Source: Phoronis australis
Taxonomy: Eukaryota; Animalia; Phoronida
NCBI GenBank assembly: GCA_002633005.1
Contig: NMRA01000054.1
Span: 990,084-1,054,083 of the forward strand
Direction of reading: 5' to 3'
Length of the DNA: 64,000 nt
Shown: positions 12,023 to 23,800 of the stretch, piece after piece
How the letters are laid out: each line of letters opens with the position of its first letter
Numbering within the stretch: the stretch's first letter is position 1
Program-made: the position numbers and the translations under genes
The notes under the pieces: model-generated
Database searches by the model: none
Told to the model about the DNA's origin: nothing
The model's input: the letters and a program-made list of their open reading frames with translations, nothing else

Positions 12023-15011
12023 ATGTCAGATTCCAGTAACAGTGCAAGAGGTGACTCGGCAAAGTTGAGAAATGACAGTCCGACGTGGCCCGTAATAATA
12101 AGCCAGTCACTTGTTGGATCCGAGATATCAAACATAATCCATCGTCAAGTCAAGTTGAAAGCTAGAGGTGAGGTTACTAATGGTTTTTAATTTTTGCATT
12201 GGCCTGCCAATGTAAACAATCATCGTCCTCCTCACGGGCGTTCTCTTTAACAGTGGTCTTTTCTTACGAACTGCAGTTGTTTCTTAATAACCTAAATTGG
12301 GTTCTTACTAACCGAGTGCGTTTGCAGTGACAGCATTTCGTCTTGTAGTGAGCGTTGCACGTGCCCTATACGAAATCTTTGCACTTTAAATGCGAACATG
12401 ATGTGCTAACGTTTATACAGGAATTGATATCCCAGGAACAGAATTGCGGCACATAATGACATAAGAATTGCAACTCAGGAGTATGCTCTGATTTTTTTAA
12501 AATCTAATCTACCGAGTTTACTTGCGAGTTACCAGAAAGGTAAACGTGTACAAATCCGGATATACGCCTTCGGGTTTAGACTATCAGAAACTCCTGACTT
12601 CGCATATATAAATTTCATCTGTGTCTTTGTTCACAACCTAAATTACTCGATATCGCGTCTTTTGAATTTTGTTGCAATAGCATTGGGGGGTTTCTTTGTT
12701 TTTCAGTATCTAAAAATATATTGGACGGCACCTGCATATTTCCGATGTCTGGCGTCACATTCATGATACTAGAACTCGACAAGGCATCCGAAAATACGGC
12801 GACAGAAGTAAACTCTCATGGGTTAAAACAAGTTGTAACTGATAGGTAAATGTAAAATAACGTACACGTATGTATTTTGATCAAATGAGTAGAATATACC
12901 CCAAGACAATTTTCCTTGAATAGGAAATTTCGAGAAAATCAATTGAATTTTGTAAACAATCATTTATGTAGTACATTCAATAAAGCATCAATGAATGAGA
13001 ACGTTAGCAAATTGCACACTAGTTTACGATGTGTCATGTAAAATATTCACAAAACTGAGAAGAGTAACAGATATTGTCTGTTCAAGTGTTTATTTTTCCC
13101 TTTAGGATCGACAACTTAATCAAACTTCACCACAACTGTTATTTAATTTGCCTCGGAGACATGGCAGAACAACAGCCCAGTAAAAACTTCTTTACCGTAC
13201 AAGCAAGGTATCTTGAACCACCTTTCATGTTTTTAGTGATGTAGGATTGAAATCTCAACCATAATGAATCTGGCTGAGTCGATCACATCAAATGTTTTCA
13301 AAACCTATTCATGCAGTCATCCTGTTGTTTTGTGCATCACTGTTAACCGCAGAGCTGTCGGAGAGTTGTCACAACCGCGTAATTTGCGACTCCAAAAGGA
13401 GCTGATAAGAATATTTAAATATAATTTTTGAGAGCACATCATTTTCTTTGAGATGAATGCGTTGATGAGAATTCTTGTTGACGTTTGCTGACTTTGCCAG
13501 CATTACCAGATCATTATATTTCATTGTTTTAAAATGTTTCAGGTATCTCAAAACTGCACTTCATCTAGTGCCTGTTTGTGGCTCTAAAGAGGCAGTGCAG
13601 TGCATGGACACTATTGTCAAGGTACGATCGTGCAAAGTGAGCTCATGATACAAGTTATTCAGATTTTGCCCAAGGAATATGTTCTGCAAATAAGAAACGT
13701 TTTGAAATTACGTCAAGTGCGCGCCCTCTTGCTTGACTGTTGGTCAAAAAAGTAGCCAATTCAAGTGTTTTGTCGTTTGTATAGCCATTAATGGCATAGA
13801 GACATCAAGCAAAAAGTTTTACTTTATATGTGGCTCGTTTGCTTGTGTGAAACTACAGTGATGTCTAGGATGCCTAATATCTACACATAAAAAAACTACA
13901 TAAACGTTCATTTGGCAACGCTATAACGATGACATCAAAAACTTTAACGCTGGCCAGAGTTCGTATAACATTAGCAAAAACATTGTAGGTGACCTGCAAA
14001 CCTTGTTCAACAATCGTTCGACAGAGACTGGAGAAAATGCTGCAAACATTTATCGCCAAAAACACACTCAGAGACTTCTTACAGACGATCGGTCTCGACA
14101 CTCACGGTAGGAATGTTCTGTTACATGAAATTCCGGGAAGGAAGCGTGCTGTAACTGCACGAAAGGAACATTCACTTTCACCTCGTTTTACGTTTTTATA
14201 AAGGACCTGGTTTGCAAGTTTTTGCATTTAGCCAAGTATCTACAAAGTATGAATTTTAACTCAGTACATATTTTTGAAAGTAGAAATCTGTGGAATTTGA
14301 TTTTTAACTTTTCACCAATCTGCCATTAGTTACATGATAACGTGGCTTTAATAAAATTTAGCAAAAAAAAAAGAAAGTACATTGCCACCAAAGCAACGAT
14401 ATGAACAACATGACCAAATTCTGTTTGATATAAATGCTCAAGATGAGATATTAAAAACGCCGCTACAGTTTTCTAAAATGTCGGTTCGTTTCCTGCTTTT
14501 GATGTGTCTTCATAGACGAGCGGAACGTGTCTAAATACGAATGGAGACCAGTGCATAACATAGTATCTGAAATTTCATAGGAATAAAATTAGCCATTTTT
14601 ATGACATGATGCTTCGAAGTTAGTTGACATTTTTCTAGGTTCCCATATAACCGCGTGCTTTCCACCGCTATTACCAGGAAGACCTGGGCCTTGCCTATAT
14701 AAATCAGATATACTGTTTACAGGCGAATTTAGGTCCGGGCGTCTGTATTCGAAACAAAGCGTTTCCCGATTTTTGTCAAGTGTTTTAGAGAAGAAAATGG
14801 CAGTTGGGCTTGTTCATTTCAGAAATATTGAACGAAAGCAAAAACGGTTTCCTTTACTTGCTACTTTTTATTTCTTTTAGAGAGATTACTTCTTCAAGAC
14901 GGACTGGGAAGTCTCGAAGAGATCGTGTCTTCCACCGAAGCTGATTTTCTTGATTGTTGCCTTGACTACAATACTATTCGACAATTTATGCGCATTTTAA
15001 GACATAAGTAG
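12023..15011 (+). CDS. SPO16: Protein SPO16 homolog (SCRE/C1orf146), ERCC1-like meiotic crossover factor; exons 12023-12167, 12707-12845, 13106-13207, 13543-13621, 13989-14106, 14881-15011; 237 aa from this ATG
   Basis: Six exons with GT-AG sites and a continuous frame (714 nt). WPVIISQSL, GTCIFPMSGVTFMIL, IDNLIKLHHNCYLI and FTVQARYLKTALHLVPVCGSKEAVQCMDTIVKVTCKP parallel recalled human C1orf146 ([73 protein letters not shown]). Confidence 0.88.
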
Positions 15012-16198
15012 GGTCTATTTGAATAGAAGGATGTCTTAAAATTAAATTTTATTAATATTAACCTACATCATCGTCTGAGTCTGCAGCAGTCGAGCGCCTC
15101 TTCGATAGGAATGGAACAAGACTTCCTGCTAAATAGATTACTGGTGAAAGTCGTCCCATAGCAAATTTATCATCATTATTTTTAAAACTGTGCTCTGAAA
15201 GCAAGTCGGTCCATATGTTTAAACTGCCCATACACACTGAACTTATTCAACAATGATGTTGACATCAAATTATTTGATGCGATTCTGATCTTGTGTGGAA
15301 GATATTCGTTGATTTAAGACTCCATACATTTGTAATGTTAATAGACCTCCAGCGCATTATCGCTTAATCCTTGTAATAGCATGCATGATTTAACGATATT
15401 TAGCTCGTCAGTGAAATCGAATTTTGTCCATTTTCGTTTTTTGCCGATTTTCCTTTCAAAACTTGAGCAAGAGCCAAGTCAGCTGATCTGTCCATTCGGG
15501 CAGTTGGGCACAAACTAAGTATTGCATTGTATACATTGAGCGTGGATGGCGAACGTCAAGTGTCAGTGATATTGGGATTTTGTTGATAAACAAATTTGAA
15601 GTGTTTGTACATTTTTTGGTATTTTTTCAAGGTTAGAGTAGTGTATGAAAAATCAAGGATTCTATAGAAATTCCCTATCTTGACCATGCAAGGGATAAGG
15701 GGCCTCTTTCTGCATTGAAAATTATCCATCCAAAGATCGACCGTTACTGAAACAATTATCAATTGCCTGTGAACGACTCCAAGGCGATTTTCCCCTATTT
15801 CTCTTGGGAAACACCAACTAAATTCGTGGATACTGGGATTATCTTTTCCGGGAACGTCCACATCGCTAGGACTTTCAAAACCTTACTAGGACAGAGCATA
15901 CTGTTTTTGGAAGATCCACCCCTCTCCCCCCGACATCTTTCTGACAAAATTTGGATTTCTCGTGATTGACACCCACAACTTGTAAATTTAATTTTATAAC
16001 GTACACGGTCCTTAAGCTGGCAGCATACGTTTTTGAAAATTTCAAGCCAATAATTGTAAATATGATAACCATAATAATTACACTACTTTTTTAGAACATA
16101 GGCCTCCAAATCTTACCCATGCGTTACACACGAAAATGAAGTGACATGAAGCTAGAATCTAATCACAAGCGCACACGTGACTGATTGATATATCCAAA

Positions 16199-16239
16199 TC
16201 CAACGTTTCGGTTTATGACAAACAAACCATCTTCAGGGA
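16199..16239 (-). ncRNA. Minimal type I hammerhead ribozyme motif (Penelope/retrozyme type)
   Basis: Minus strand: tcc-CTGAAGA-t-ggttt-gtttgtcat-aaacc-GAAACGTT-gga: conserved core, 5 bp stem II, 3 bp stem I, palindromic loopless stem III. Confidence 0.65.
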
Positions 16240-16519
16240 GAAGTAGTACCACAACATCGAATCAAATCAAACCAAAACAAAATGTAAATATATATAGTCA
16301 CACTGCTGAGGGTCACGTCGAATTGCATGGTGAGAGTGACGTGAAACAAGGACTACTATAATGTCTATATCAAGAATGTAAGATGTCTAGTAAATGTGGA
16401 GTGTATGAAGGAGTTCACGAAACGATTTCTTTAATAATTTCTGACGTGTCCAAAATCAAAACATCTGATTATACAACAACAATGTTTATGTTGCTAATAA
16501 TAATAATAATAATAATAAT

Positions 16520-17240
16520 AAATACACTGGCACAAAAAGTATCGAGAGTGGCGTACATGAAGTAATATCGCACGACACATTATTCCGCGTATCTTCCGCG
16601 GAATAATGTCGTGGGATATTACTTCATGAACGCCAATCGAGGTACGTTTTGTATTTATCCCATACGTTTCGAATTCCTAAGTTTCTTTCATTTTTACGGT
16701 ACATTTTTAATACTTCACTCACAGATCAGACTGTTCACGTGGCGGATCACATCCTATACGTACATACTTGCGTGTTAGGTTGCAAGCTTTCTCTAGTAAA
16801 AGAAAATCTTTAAATGTAACCGTTTATTACTTGAAAAGATATAACAAAGATGAAAGCAACGGTTAGTTTGCATTGAACTTGTATCATCTCCTAAAATAAT
16901 TAAATAACAACATTTTATATTGTAGGTACCGAGGAATCGGCGCCTGAGTTGCAGACGACATAACATTTAGCAATTGAAAACTGAGACAGAACTGTCATAT
17001 GATTAACAGTCCTGTTTCGGATGTTACCATTGAGACGTGATTGCATGTTGAGTGTTATTCACGCTGTTGCAATTTCATTACTTTAAACTATTTTCCGAAA
17101 GTTTGATGATCGAATCAGCTATCGACGTTGAGTCGACATTGACCTGCCTTTTGAACTTTCCATGTCAGAGGTCACTATTGAAGAAGTGTGGGAGGTGAAT
17201 ACGAAATTCCCTCGACTGATTCAACGCGTATGGGATAATA
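16520..17240 (-). mobile_element. Non-autonomous Helentron/DINE-1-like element (subterminal IRs plus terminal hairpin)
   Basis: tatcccatacg (~16656) and cgtatgggata (~17227) form an inverted pair; long hairpin at 16556-16628; both ends abut (TAA)n-rich tracts. Confidence 0.5.
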
Positions 17241-17808
17241 ATAGTAATAGTACCAGTAATAATAATTGTTTTAAGTTTTATTACCCGTCCTATGTTTGTT
17301 TGAGCGTAAAGCAATCGCAGTCTGTTTTACTCAAACATAACAGTACGATAAATGCAGAAAGAAGTTATCGAACAAACTCTACACTAGAGAGGGACTACTG
17401 CACTGCCGAAGTATACTATATAATTATAGAATGATGTATTTATGTACTCGCCTAAAGTTGCAGGTTTGAGAGCATTTCTTTTTTCTGATTGTGAAATCAC
17501 TAGGTCTTAAAAACGAAATACATGGTAAATACGCGGATCCTCAGGCGCAGTTCTGAATAAGTGCAAATTTTGCACTTCTTTGACCCTGATATCTGGTTTA
17601 AAATCTTCAAACGAGGAAATGGGTTGTTCAAAAAAATATACTTAACACCAGATGTCGCTGAAGTCATGTTGTTTTGGAACTTCCGTGACCGTCCCACTTC
17701 ACGGCGACATTAACCTAAACCAGGAACTTATATCTCAATTGTACGCATTTCAAGGAAATAGATCTCCGTTGCAAGTCGCTGTTTTAACTGTGTTCGCATT
17801 TCAAGAAA

Positions 17809-20800
17809 ATGGCTGATTCCGAGTTGAGCGCAAAACTTCATCGGAGGGATCTATTGAACAACGAGGAGGAGGTAGCTGAAATCCCCAGGCGAATGGCAGT
17901 TTTCAATCCTTATACTGAATTCAAAGAGTTTACCAAAGGGGAAATAGACGGATACAAGAAAATGTTTCAGAAGTAAGTGTACCACTTCCTTATTGCCCTG
18001 TAGACTGTCTTGAGCTGATATCCGTCACAGTGAACCCCATTTATCTTTTCTATGGCTAAGTGATCGGCCCTGAGGTGCCTAATGACCTCCGTGTTTGAGG
18101 CTCCAGTAGCCTCTAGTCTCAAGCCGTCCTGCTATACTAGACGGTAGGTAAATGGGCGCCGGAAACGTGCCGACAAGTCTGGCAAACGCCACTGCAGTAG
18201 TAGACAGTACTTCTCTCGAGTCATTCAGTGCAGAGCTCGACATAACGAGCTGCAGGTCGCATTTGCGACCTGAAATTTGGAAATGCGAGCTGAGATTTTT
18301 GTCAGCTCGTATCAAGTCGCAAAATGCGACCTGAAATTTCCAACGAATGCGAGCTGAGTGTTTACACTTCTCGGCAGATATCTGGCAAATATGAAGCAAT
18401 TCTTTTGTTAATCCGACCGTTATTTGGTTGTTGCCAAATCCAAGTTCAAAAGAACACTAACCGAGAACAGCCCTCCCAGTGATTTGTAAGCTAGTCGCGT
18501 GAACATGGGATATGCAGAATCGATCTTTGACACGTTTGATTGGCTAACATTTTCGGCCACTTTTGCAAATTTCCGGATTCGCCGAATAAAGTTTCGGGCC
18601 ACTGCATAACAAGCTGGTCAGGCCTATCAAAATCCCAAATACTTTTTCAACGGACATTTTCTCCCTTTTCACATCGCAAACTTAGCTACTCGAATGCACG
18701 TGTCAGCTAGAGAGCACTGATTCAACTTTCACGTCGGCAACTTGCCTTGCGCTTTAGAGCCTTTCAATGGCGGTCGTGAAGAACAGTAACACCGTACCTG
18801 CATGAAGTAACTCAATTTTGCGATCTGAAATTTGTGAGTATTTACTGCTGCAGGTAACAGCATAATCTAAACATTTTCTCGATGATCTAAAAAAATCAAT
18901 TTTGGCGCGTAAAAATGTCGGGAAATTTTTGCGACCTGGCATTTATGAATGCGAGCTGGATTTTGAAAATACGACCTGGGATTTTGGCTGGGTCGCAAAA
19001 TGAGACCTGGTGATTTTAATAGCGTCGAGCCCTGCAGTGCAAATCGCTGGAAAATTTCTGGGCAAGATTGGTATCTTATTTTCACCACACCTCTATTACG
19101 GTGTTCTCCTGTTGCATCTAACTTGTTCGGTTGTGTAGCACAACAACAAGTTGAGCGGATGACCCTTGTAGCCAATATCTTACATGGCTGATTAGGTCCA
19201 TTCTGGCATTTATGATTCACACTGATTGATGGAGGGTCAGCTCAGCCTGTTCAATAATTGCTCTAATCTCGTCTATCTAGCCTGACTGGGCTGTGCTATT
19301 AAAAATAAAATTTATTTCATAAAATGTTTGAACATGAACCAAAAACATTTCTGACTTCTTCATCAAATACTGATCACGTTTAGTTTTTGAATCACCAAAA
19401 TTACCCAACTACAACCGAAGTTAAAATCTATTCCTGTTCGAACTTAACACACTGAGTTTGACTGTGTTCACAGGTAGTTGGTAATAAGTCTGGTACATAA
19501 TTGGCATGCATGTTGTCATTCAAAACAAAATACTGTGCTGGGCAGTTAACAAAGGAGTAGATGTTATCACAACTCCTCTATGTCTACTGAAAGGGAGAAT
19601 GCCCTGCACTGGAGTCAGAAACTTTTACTTTTAGGCAGTGCTAAGCTTACATGGACTGGGTGATTAGCAGAAGCTATCAAGCACTAATCTTCATTTAGAC
19701 CACAAAGATTTTGAGAAATAAGGGCATTCACAACAATGTTGTCTCATGCATGTAAAATGAAAAAAGGATACTTTTACTAATTATTTTTGTCGGAAATTGA
19801 TGAGATTTTAGTGTTTACGATAGTTACACGTGTATTTGGTGTACTTTTTGTTACACAGCTTGAGGTTCAGCTGTGAAGCAAAGTGTCAATAAGAAACATA
19901 ACGGACAAGCAGGTTAAAATACTTGCTTTATTTCGAGACCACATGTCTCATCTTCAGGCAATATGTAAAATGAAGATAGGAGACTGTACAATAAGTACCA
20001 ACTAGTATTTATCAGGCTATAATAAAAAGGTGCAGTCATGTCTTCACTCAAGTTTGTGTCAAAACATTTGTGTCAGTGAAGGACTGCTATCGTACTACAC
20101 ATGATATACATGTATAGTATGTCTGGCAGCTGTCTATGTATCTATGTCTGTCTGTCAGTACATGATCTCTACATGAAATACATTTGTATAGTATGTCTGG
20201 CAGCTGTCTATGTATCTTTGTCTGTCTGTCAGTACATGATCTCTACATGAAATACATTTGTATAGTATGTCTGGCAGCTGTCTATGTATCTTTGTCTGTC
20301 TGTCAGTACATGATCTCTACATGAAATACATTTGTATAGTATGTCTGGCAGCTGTCTATGTATCTTTGTCTGTCTGTCAGTACATGATCTCTACATGAAA
20401 TACATTTGTATAGTATGTCTGGCAGCTGTCTATGTATCTTTGTCTGTCTGTCAGTACATGATCTCTACATGAAATACATTTGTATAGTATGTCTGGCAGC
20501 TGTCTATGTATCTTTGTCTGTCAGTACATGATCTCTACATGAAATACATTTGTATAGTATGTCTGGCGGCTGTCTACGTATCTTATGTGTGTCTGTCTGT
20601 ATCTCTACATGTGTGTATGTGCATGTGTGTGTGTGCGTGTGTGTACGTGTGTGCGTGTGTGTGCGTGTGTGTGCGTGTGCGTGTGTCTATTCTATTGCCT
20701 ATTACCGGTAGTAACTGTGTACGTGTATTTTTGGTATAGGTATTATAGGTATCTTAACATTTCAGATATGATGTTGGAAATGACAAGTTCATAGATTTTA

Positions 20801-23800
20801 TGGAACTCAAAATCATGATGGAGAAACTAGATGCAGCACAGACACATTTGGCTCTGAAGGAAATGATCAGAGAGGTTGATGAGGACCATGACGAGAAAAT
20901 CAACTTTAGAGAGGTTTGCACTTTTAATTTTGTAGATTGTGCAGGACGATTTTTGCAGCTGAAGAATATGATGAGTAAATTATTGTACTGAAATAGCCTG
21001 GAAAGGGCAATGCCCTCTGGTGGTCTTTTTGTTGATGTCAACTCTCTGGCTCAACAATTAGACAATATTGAAATCTGACCTTGCTGTTCCTGTGTTAGAA
21101 AAAATAGGAATTTTGCATGTTTTTAAAACTACATGGTCTAAAATGGAGAAAAACAGTTGACTTTCAGAGAAATTAGACTTAACTTTCATCTGTTGATTCC
21201 TTTGTGTGACTGTAACTCTGACCAGCTTAAGAGTACTGTGTACCAACAAAAAGGCTTGCTTGACAAGTTTAATCGAGCGTGATTCTAGATTAGGTCCTGA
21301 TAGTGGAAATTTCTTGATTTTTACACTGCAGGAGAATGGTACGTAATGTAAAGGGTTTGTGAAACAACTTGATATTGTATTTGCGGTGCATAGTCTAAAT
21401 TTATATGGAGACACCTCTGACATAAGGGAAGCTAATGATCGGAGGATCAGGGGGTCGCTCTGACGTGATCGTTCCTCATTACGCACATCGAACATCCAGT
21501 CACGACATCCGTTGGCACGTAATGCTCATGTCAGGTGATGAACCTCTGCTTCCCTTCCACTGTCATCAGAAACCAGTTTCTTGCCGTGGCTCTATTGAGT
21601 AGAGTCCGTATTACGGATCAGTTGAGACAGTTGGTGATTCGATGTGAAGCTGAGATACTGATCAGTGTGACTGGATGTCGGACTATTTTGTGTATATATG
21701 TGTAGTAATCTGTTTCAATGAAGTAGTTCAGTTCCTTCTCTGTCGTGGGGCTCATCAAATTCCACTCATTTGCTACACAACACCCCCAAAAGCTTTAGGC
21801 ATGCGTTATGCAAATGAATGCTTTTCTTGTGGATTGATCATTAGTTACTAAGCAGTCTGCTACGAGTTGGAGTTGTTCTGGAGTCTTACCTTATAATGGG
21901 TGGAGTGACCTCTTTGAGAACTCTAATGTCAGTGAGTGCATTAGAAACTCCGTCCGTTTCACAGCATCTTGTACTTCTTCAATAGCTTTCTACAAGTACC
22001 GCTGGCATTATCGATTCTCCTTGTCATGAACTCTGATCTACGGAGCAGGAAAATTACGAAGTATAACTTGTAGGCCGGATGACATTAAAGCAATAAAAAA
22101 CTGGCTGAAATAAATCCCTGTATCACTAACTGAAACTGGTGACTTTTAACTGTTACGCTTCCAAAATTGAATTCCTTGTGAAAATTTAGGTCTAGGCAAA
22201 AAGATACTATAATAAAATTTGGTAAAAATGATGCAGTTGGACTATGTTACAAAAGCAATTCGACCAGGACAGATGAAATCACTTGAAAGGTGTTCATTGT
22301 GGTGGATGTATTGGTATGCGAGTTGCGATGCGGGGCAAGACTGCACAACGCTAATGGACTAGATTTACTTTTGGATTTGGAAATCGCTGTCATCTGGAAA
22401 CTAAACAAGATATACGTTCTTCCCAGCCGTCTCCCTTCTGGCAGGACTGTCCCGACTTTAGTTGAAAGTTTGTCCTGTTACCTGCCGCACCATCATGCAT
22501 CATCGTACATTTTTTTTTTGGTTTTCCACACGATTTACCCTTCCCATTCAGCTACGTAAAGTGAAGAAAAAAACATTGTCAGATCATTTCTCGGTATTGT
22601 AATAGACATTTTTTCCCTTGTGCTTTGGCATTGATCAGACTGTCCTGCTTTAGATTCAGGTGATCCTCTTTTTGCAACCTAGCTGATGCCAACAGTGGAG
22701 ATATTTGTACTGTCTGCAGAAATGAAGACTATTTTTTCATCATTTATGTTGCACCGGCTTAATCCTCAAAAACCACTGGCAAGTCTTTAGTTGGCTTGGC
22801 TCTGCCAGGCTCAAAGACTTATGTGAAAACAATCACGTGACATTTCAAGAAGAAACTCTTGTAGCTGGGGCAAATTAAACTGGCACTTAATCTAAATGTG
22901 ATGTCAGCTTCCTGTTTCAGAGTGATTATAAATATGACTATTTCTTGTTGCACTTTGCACACAAAGAGGAAACATTTACTAAGGGAGGAAAAATCAATAT
23001 AGAAGAATGCTTATGGTCTGTTCTTAAAACTGCCTTGATGGTACAAGCACCAATTCAGTAAGCATCTTTTTATTTCGTTTTACGTCATAAATGATATTGA
23101 ATCAAAAAAACGCTTGCTGTCAGTATTTGTATTTACGGTAAGAACTACCTTGGCGGTACCATACAAGAAATTGGGCCCTTTTAGTTTGATTAATATCAAG
23201 TAGTTATCACTAGTTTTTTCAAAATGGCCTCAGTATCCAAAAATTCACTTTTAGTCCAACTAATTGCCTGAACATCCAATTATGTTGCCATTTTCCTAAG
23301 TGAGAATAAATGAGAAAGGTTAGTGAACTTGAGTAAAAAATTAGTGGTGTTAGATTTAAATTGTCCTGCTGAGGAACTACTAAGGTGTGTTCCCTGTATA
23401 TAAGACACTTGCAAGGATGTGTGCTCACGTGCTTCTTTTGCAATGTTTAGCGATGTCTCAGGAAGACTTTTGTTTTCACAAGGTTTTATGTCTAAGGAAG
23501 GCAGTCCAGACTTCAGGGTGGTGGCATTAATTTCGCAGCTTAATAGAGTTAGAATTTCCCCACGCATTTGACAAAATCATCCCTTTGTAAAAAAGCTTGG
23601 TTATTCTTTAATGTCAGAAATTTAAAGTATTGCACGTTCAAGGACATTAACAGACTTGCACTCATCATTTTCTTCTGTGATTTTCTAAAAATTCTGTACT
23701 TTGGGAGATCGTTGAATTCCATGGTTATATTAGCCCTTGTCTTAGTTCTTATTAATTGGAATATAATGTGTTGTGTAAATAGCCTTTCAGGATCATGTCA

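Noticed and set aside
15060-15970. Coding-looking stretch downstream of SPO16
   Set aside because: All frames interrupted and no recognisable domain; may be decayed TE or pseudogene DNA.
20506-20794. Cys/Val-rich ORFs
   Set aside because: Artefacts of the minisatellite and (TG)n repeat.
21376-21780. Possible solo LTR (TG...CA, internal IR acatccagtcac/gtgactggatgt)
   Set aside because: No TSD or second copy visible; the overlapping 145 aa ORF has no recognisable motif.
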